From positions 1 through 40,683 of the forward strand of contig JBQTGV010000066.1 in assembly GCA_052390515.1 (NCBI GenBank): 40,683 nt of DNA, in the 5' to 3' direction. Position 1 is the stretch's first letter. Each line of letters starts with the position of its first letter. Position numbers and translations under genes: made by a program. The stretch comes from Candidatus Eiseniibacteriota bacterium (GTDB lineage: Bacteria > ARS69). Below, in pieces: positions 35,498-40,683 of the stretch. A model generated the notes under the pieces. It was not told the DNA's origin and made no database searches. It worked only from the letters and a program-made list of their open reading frames with translations.

Positions 35498-36721
35498 TCA
35501 AGGCATGCCTCCGCCCGGTCTCGCCACTTCCAATTCGATGGAGTGAATGATTGTCTCGAGCTTCCGGTAGACCTCGACGAGGGGGATCCCCGTTCGGTCG
35601 GCGACGGCCCGGCAGGACTCGTACTCCGGCGCCACACGGAGCTTCCCTCCCCCGAGGTCTCCGACCTTCACGCGGACCTTGCCCCAGGGCGAGTCGACCT
35701 CGCGGATCTCCCGCGCGAGCTTCCACCGAGGGCAGACGTGTCGGCGAACGCCGAACGTGGTCGTCTCACGGAAGAGCGCGGCGGCCACTTTCTCGGCCGA
35801 CCCCGGTTCGGCCGAGGCGGTCAGCAGGTACCCCGGCCGGCCCTTCTTCATGAGGACCGGGGTCACGAACGCGTCGAGCGCGCCGGCGGCCATCGCCTCT
35901 TCCAGGACCGCGGGCAGCATCTCCGGCGTGAGGTCGTCGAGGTTGGTTTCGAGGACCACCACCTCGTCGTGCTCCCACGGCATGCTGGCCGACAGGCCGC
36001 CCTCTTCCACCCACGTCCCGATCGAGACGCGAAGCAGGTTCGGGCGACCTGGAAGCTCCCGGGATCCGCACGAAACACCGACCATCTCCGCCGCGAACGG
36101 CCGATCGTTCATCGGTCGGCCGAGCGTCACGAGAAGAGCGGCACCTGTCGGGGTCAGGATCTCGCCGGGGATGTCCGTGCGAACGACCGGTAGCCCCTTC
36201 GTCAACTCGACGACCGCCGGGACCGGCACCGGCAGGCGGCCATGCGCGGTCTCCACCTCGCCCGTTCCCGTTCGGAGCGCCGAGAAGGTGACCCGCCGGA
36301 CTCCCAGCAGTTCCAGTGCCTGCAGGGTCCCGGTCACGTCGACGATCGCGTCGAGGGCTCCGACCTCGTGGAAGTGAACTTCCTCGATCGGGATCCCATG
36401 CACGAGCGCCTCCGCCTCCGCCAGCCGATGGAAGACGCGAAGAGCCCCCTCGACGACCGTGGGCGAAAGCGCCCCTCCGCGGACGATTTGCGCCACGTCC
36501 GAGAGGTGCCGATGCCGCTGCTCGTCCGGGACCCGAACGTTCAGTCGGGTGCACCGGAACCCGCGGTGCCGTACCTCGTTCGCCTCGAGGGCGAAGGGCG
36601 GTAGTGGAAGGCTCGCCAGCCGCTCGCGGATCGTGGCGAGCGGAGCACCCGCGTCGATCAGGGCGCCCAGGATCATGTCGCCGGAGGCGCCGGTTACGGG
36701 ATCGAAGTGCGCGACCTTCAA
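35498..36721 (-). CDS. larC: Nickel pincer cofactor biosynthesis protein LarC
   Basis: FDPVTGASGDMILGAL, VHFHEVGALDAIVD, HGRLPVPVPA, EILTPTGAA, LETNLDD, MKKGRPG, ETTTFGVR, PEYESC. TTG start overlaps the larB stop. Confidence 0.95.
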   Translation of the reverse strand: MKVAHFDPVTGASGDMILGALIDAGAPLATIRERLASLPLPPFALEANEVRHRGFRCTRLNVRVPDEQRHRHLSDVAQIVRGGALSPTVVEGALRVFHRLAEAEALVHGIPIEEVHFHEVGALDAIVDVTGTLQALELLGVRRVTFSALRTGTGEVETAHGRLPVPVPAVVELTKGLPVVRTDIPGEILTPTGAALLVTLGRPMNDRPFAAEMVGVSCGSRELPGRPNLLRVSIGTWVEEGGLSASMPWEHDEVVVLETNLDDLTPEMLPAVLEEAMAAGALDAFVTPVLMKKGRPGYLLTASAEPGSAEKVAAALFRETTTFGVRRHVCPRWKLAREIREVDSPWGKVRVKVGDLGGGKLRVAPEYESCRAVADRTGIPLVEVYRKLETIIHSIELEVARPGGGMP

Positions 36722-37518
36722 GCGGCCTCCCCCGCGATCTTCTCGGCGAACGAGCGGTCGTCTGCTCGGCGGGCCATGGATCGATTCACCAGTGTCGCGG
36801 CGCAACCGGCTCCGAAGCCGTTGTCGATGTTCACGACGGTAACCCCCGAGGCGCAGCTGTTCAGCATGGCGAGGAGGGCCGCGAGCCCGCCGAAGCTCGC
36901 GCCGTAGCCGACCGACGTGGGCACCGCGATGACCGGCACGTCGGTGAGCCCGCCCACGACGCTCGGTAGCGCGCCCTCCATTCCCGCAACGACGATGATG
37001 GCCGTGGCCCGGCGCAACTTCTCGCCCTGGCCGAGAAGGCGGTGGAGCCCGGCGACACCCACGTCGTGCATCGTCTCGACGTCGTTGCCGAAGACGCGCG
37101 CCGTCTCGGCCGCTTCCTCCGCGACCGGCAGATCCGAGGTGCCGGCGGACACGACGAGCACCTTGCCGGGGAGTCGAACGGTCTCGTCGCGGCGCCAGGC
37201 CACGGTCCGCGCCAGCGGGTGGTGGCGGCCGCGTGGATACTCGGCGAGCAGGTCCCTCGCCACGTCGTCGGCCACGCGGGTGACGAGCACGTCGTCCCCA
37301 CGTTCGAGCAGCCGACCGACGATCTCGAGGGTCTGCTCGCGGGTCTTGCGCTCGGCGAAGACGACTTCGGGGAGGCCCCGGCGGAGCCCGCGGTGGTGGT
37401 CCAGATTCGCGAAACCCAGGTCCTCGAAGGTCAGGTCCCGGACCCGCCGGACGCCTTCCTCGAGCGGCACGGAGCCATCGCGGATTCCGGCGAGGATCGC
37501 ACGGAGCGTCGCTTCCAT
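36718..37518 (-). CDS. larB: Nickel pincer cofactor biosynthesis protein LarB (AIR-carboxylase-like)
   Basis: FANLDHHR..RRGLPEVV, AGTSDLPVAEEA, DVGVAGLHRL, VAGMEGALPSVV, PTSVGYG, NIDNGFGA. Confidence 0.96.
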   Translation of the reverse strand: MEATLRAILAGIRDGSVPLEEGVRRVRDLTFEDLGFANLDHHRGLRRGLPEVVFAERKTREQTLEIVGRLLERGDDVLVTRVADDVARDLLAEYPRGRHHPLARTVAWRRDETVRLPGKVLVVSAGTSDLPVAEEAAETARVFGNDVETMHDVGVAGLHRLLGQGEKLRRATAIIVVAGMEGALPSVVGGLTDVPVIAVPTSVGYGASFGGLAALLAMLNSCASGVTVVNIDNGFGAGCAATLVNRSMARRADDRSFAEKIAGEAA

Positions 37519-37611
37519 GAGGCCCAATCTACCACCTTCCGAGGGGCCTCGCTTTGCCGGCCCTCGGCGGGCGCGGGCGGACGGCTTCGGCCTACGGGCT
37601 GACGGCGCCGC

Positions 37612-39087
37612 TCAGCCCGGCGCGGGCGGACGGCGCGAGGAGCGATGCCGGCCCCCACGCCCGCCACGTCCCCGACGATGCCCCCGGCGCGGACCGTGGT
37701 GTCGACGCGCGGGCGCGGGCGCGGCCACCGGCGCATCCGGACGCACCGTCACGATCTCGGCGAGCAGCCCGAGCGCGGCGGCGGCCACCAGGACCGCGGG
37801 CAGCCAGCGTCCCACTTCCGGACCGAGCGGTGCGAGCAGGAACGCGGCGACCGGTGCCCATCCGAAGATGCTCACCGCCGTTCGCGCGAGCAGACTCTCC
37901 TCGCTCTCCCACAGCGCCCGGGCCGCACGTCCGGCGAAGAGGAGAAGGACCGGCAGCAACGTCACCGACGCCGCGAGCGCCGCGCCGGGCGTGTGACCGA
38001 TCGGAACGAGCGGGACCAGCAGCACGCTCGAGGCAAGCCACACGAGCGCGAACGTGTACTCCTGCCGCCTCACACGGCCGGGGCGAAGACCGCGGAGCAC
38101 GCACCACCCCACGCCCGCGACCACGAGGGGAGGGAGCGAGAGCGGCACGTCGATCGTGCCGCGCGCCGCCGGGTCGAGCTCCGCAGCGACGACGTAGAGC
38201 CCGAGCAGCAACCACGGGGAGATGCCCGCCGCGCTCCACTGGCGGCCGCCGGTTCGCTCGAGCACGTACACGGCGGCGATCGAGACGCATCCCGCGCCGA
38301 GCACGACGTCCGTCGCGAGGCCGGGTGAGAGCAGCCGGCGCAAGGTCTCGAGCCAGAGCTGGGTCGACGGCGGCGAGAAGTGACCCACGGCGAGCAGCGG
38401 CGGCCACGGCGTCCCGCCGGCGAAGCGCTCCGCCGCCCACATCGCCACGACGAAGCCGAGCAGCAGGACGAGTGCGCCGGCGAGAGAGATCCCCACGACC
38501 TGCCTGCGATCGACGGGAAGCGTCGTCGCCTCTCCGCTCGAACGGCGGAGCCCGATGGACACCCAGGTCAGCAGGACCGCGACGAACGTCGCGAGCAGCG
38601 CCGGAGCGAACCGCACCGCGAGACCGAGCAGGATACCGGTGACGCCGATGCGCAACGCGGTGAGCCCGGCGATGCCGACCTCGCGGTGGCGGCCCTGGAG
38701 ACGGAGCGCCCACCACACACCGAGCAGCCCCACTCCCTCGCCGGCGACGAGCGGGAGCGAGACGCTGCCGGCGCCGATCCACGGCGCGCACGCGCACAGC
38801 AACGCGCTGGAGAGCAGCGCGCCGGCCGGTCCTGCTACGCGTCGCGCCAGCAGGAAGAAGACGAAGGAGGCGGCGAGCGAGACGGCGACGTTGCCCGGCA
38901 CAACCGGCTCCGCGCCGTTGCGGAGCCAGGCCGGCAGCGACAGGGCGACGAGCACGCCGAGCGCGACCCACGTCCACGGCACCCGCGACTCGAGGCGGCT
39001 GATCCCTCCGAGCAGCACGTGCGTCGGGTCGACGACAGCCGCCGCGTCCTCCGGCGGCTCCTCGCGCGGCCGGGAGGGATCGATCAA
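37612..39087 (-). CDS. Polytopic membrane protein (possibly GT-C/ArnT-like), Arg/Gly-rich C-tail
   Basis: Many hydrophobic segments; FLLARRVAGPAGALLSSALL pattern. TTG 39087 overlaps the tmk stop. Confidence 0.7.
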   Translation of the reverse strand: MIDPSRPREEPPEDAAAVVDPTHVLLGGISRLESRVPWTWVALGVLVALSLPAWLRNGAEPVVPGNVAVSLAASFVFFLLARRVAGPAGALLSSALLCACAPWIGAGSVSLPLVAGEGVGLLGVWWALRLQGRHREVGIAGLTALRIGVTGILLGLAVRFAPALLATFVAVLLTWVSIGLRRSSGEATTLPVDRRQVVGISLAGALVLLLGFVVAMWAAERFAGGTPWPPLLAVGHFSPPSTQLWLETLRRLLSPGLATDVVLGAGCVSIAAVYVLERTGGRQWSAAGISPWLLLGLYVVAAELDPAARGTIDVPLSLPPLVVAGVGWCVLRGLRPGRVRRQEYTFALVWLASSVLLVPLVPIGHTPGAALAASVTLLPVLLLFAGRAARALWESEESLLARTAVSIFGWAPVAAFLLAPLGPEVGRWLPAVLVAAAALGLLAEIVTVRPDAPVAAPAPARRHHGPRRGHRRGRGGRGGRHRSSRRPPAPG

Positions 39088-39731
39088 CGGGATTCCACCC
39101 CGGCGAGGTACCGGTCCAGCTCCGATTTCACTCGCGCCCACACCTCCTCCTCTCCCCGTTCGACCGGAATCACGCGGAACCGGCCGGGATGCCTCTTCGC
39201 CGCCATCAGGTACGCGGCGCGCACGCGCTCGTGAAACTCGATCCGTTCGCGTTCCATGCGGTCCAGACCGCCGCCACCGGAGCGCCCCCTCCGCGCCAAC
39301 CCCTCGCGGGGATCGACGTCGAAGTAGAACGTGAGATCGGGCGAAAGCCCCCCCGTCGCCCACTCGTTCATCCGTTCGACGAGCTCCTGCCCGAGGCCCC
39401 GCCCGCCGCCCTGGTACGCTACGGACGAGTCCGCGAAGCGGTCGCAGACGACGTCGCGGCCCGCAGCGAGCGCGGGGCGCACGACCTCTTCGACCAGTTG
39501 CGCGCGGGAGGCGAGGTAGAGAGCAAGCTCCGCCCTGGGGCCGAGCTCGGAGACGCGGTGCAGGAGGATGTCCCGGACGAGCTCGCCGGCGGGCGTGCCG
39601 CCGGGTTCACGGGTCTCGAGCGCGTCGCGCCCCTTCGCCAGGAGATGCGCGACGATCCGCCGACACTGCGTCGTCTTGCCGGAGCCTTCGCCGCCTTCGA
39701 GCGTCACGAAGATCCCCTTCCGGCTTCCCAT
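39084..39731 (-). CDS. tmk: Thymidylate (dTMP) kinase
   Basis: FVTLEGGEGSGKTTQ, TREPGGT, LYLASRAQ, CDRFADSSVAYQG, DRME. Confidence 0.97.
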   Translation of the reverse strand: MGSRKGIFVTLEGGEGSGKTTQCRRIVAHLLAKGRDALETREPGGTPAGELVRDILLHRVSELGPRAELALYLASRAQLVEEVVRPALAAGRDVVCDRFADSSVAYQGGGRGLGQELVERMNEWATGGLSPDLTFYFDVDPREGLARRGRSGGGGLDRMERERIEFHERVRAAYLMAAKRHPGRFRVIPVERGEEEVWARVKSELDRYLAGVESR

Positions 39732-39798
39732 TCCCTCTCCCCGCGGCCTCCCGCGAGCCGGAACTACCGGGGCATCATGGCGCGAAACTTCGCCGCGG

Positions 39799-40464
39799 TC
39801 AAAAGTTTCCGCGCTTCGCTTCGAGATTTTCAGGAGGTGCAGGTGTCCGGCGGGTGGACGAACGAACGTCCGGCCGCTGGTCCGGTCGTGGCGACTTCAT
39901 CGCCCCCGCGACCAGGATCATCCGCTGAACGCTCGTCACGTTGGTGAGGGCGGCCAGGATCCAGAGGACCGCGCGAAGGCCGGATTCGCCGGAGAACGAC
40001 CCCAGGGCGAGCAGGACGATCCGTTCGGGCCGCTGGAGCAGGCCGCCTCGGACCTCCTGGCCGAGGCCCTCTGCCCGGGCCTTCGTGTAGCTCACCATCA
40101 GGCTGCCGGCCACGGCCAGCAGGACCGCGATCTGTGTCCAGGAGTCCCCGCCGAAGCGCAGCAGGATGCCGAGGAAGACGACGATCTCGGCGTACCGGTC
40201 GACGCTGGAATCGAGGAACGCGCCATAGCGGCTCACCCGGCCGCTCTCCCGGGCGACGGCGCCGTCCAGCAGATCGAAGACCCCGGCGAGGAGCACCACG
40301 ATGCCCGCCCGGACCAGGGCCCCGTCGGCGTATGCCCAGGCCGCTCCGCAGGAAAGGGCGAAGCCGGCGAAGGTCAGCGTGTTCGGGTGGATGCGGCTGC
40401 GGATGAGCGCCCGGGTGAACGGGCGCAGCGCGGTGACTGCGGCGGGCTTGATCCGGTCCAGCAT
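39799..40464 (-). CDS. CDP-alcohol phosphatidyltransferase (PgsA/PIP-synthase-like)
   Basis: HPNTLT, DLLDGAVAR..G..S..GAFLDSSVDR, SLMVSYTKARAE, RPER. Confidence 0.93.
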   Translation of the reverse strand: MLDRIKPAAVTALRPFTRALIRSRIHPNTLTFAGFALSCGAAWAYADGALVRAGIVVLLAGVFDLLDGAVARESGRVSRYGAFLDSSVDRYAEIVVFLGILLRFGGDSWTQIAVLLAVAGSLMVSYTKARAEGLGQEVRGGLLQRPERIVLLALGSFSGESGLRAVLWILAALTNVTSVQRMILVAGAMKSPRPDQRPDVRSSTRRTPAPPENLEAKRGNF

Positions 40465-40533
40465 GGAGGCTCGTTTTCCGGGGGCAAGGAAGGGTCGCCC
40501 GGGGACCGGGCTTCGGTCAAGGATGCTCGGAGC

Positions 40534-40683
40534 CTACCCGGCCCCTTCCACCACGACGTCCGACCGGATCGAGTTGGCGATGTAGCACTCCTCGTGGGCG
40601 GAGTGGTGCAGGCTGTGGAGCTCGTCGGCCGGAGGGGCCGCGCGGGAGTAGACGATGACCGGGCGGAGCGTGATGCGCGTGAC
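40534..40683 (-). CDS. OsmC/Ohr family protein, C-terminal part (runs off the window)
   Basis: Manual translation VTRITLRPVIVY...LHHSAHEECYIANSIRSDVVVEGAG*. Confidence 0.85.
   Translation of the reverse strand, partial: VTRITLRPVIVYSRAAPPADELHSLHHSAHEECYIANSIRSDVVVEGAG

Overview
This is a very high-GC bacterial window. Its gene content (FlgD-type C-terminal domain cargo, PorV-family barrel, a C-terminal 'WGxxKxxY' protein, kinase-TPR fusion) suggests an FCB-superphylum candidate lineage such as Eisenbacteria or Krumholzibacteria; that placement is inference. Bases 1-2500 hold a decayed 'inverse' integron: a frameshifted intI, an attI lying 3' of intI, and one GIY-YIG nuclease cassette. The cassette's attC is cut off just after its RYYYAAC core by a structured non-coding segment resembling an IS110/IS1111 right end, and a broken ORF6N gene lies upstream of intI. 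Next come a Ser/Thr kinase-TPR, a secreted protein with an internal TAG, aconitase, a NUDIX hydrolase, a Zn protease, three enzyme homologues lacking catalytic residues, citrate synthase and an ATP-cone/uridine-kinase fusion. The centre (17.4-32.3 kb) is a tightly coupled five-gene operon: a 3055-aa repeat surface protein, PorV-like barrel-TPR, HAMP-SpoIIE-RsbW fusion, STAS protein and GAF histidine kinase, a candidate trans-envelope signalling system. The right end is a minus-strand run: osmC (partial), CDP-alcohol phosphatidyltransferase, tmk, membrane protein, larB, larC, two LysM-like/TPR lipoproteins and two ECF ATPases. All family calls come from motif recognition, not database searches.
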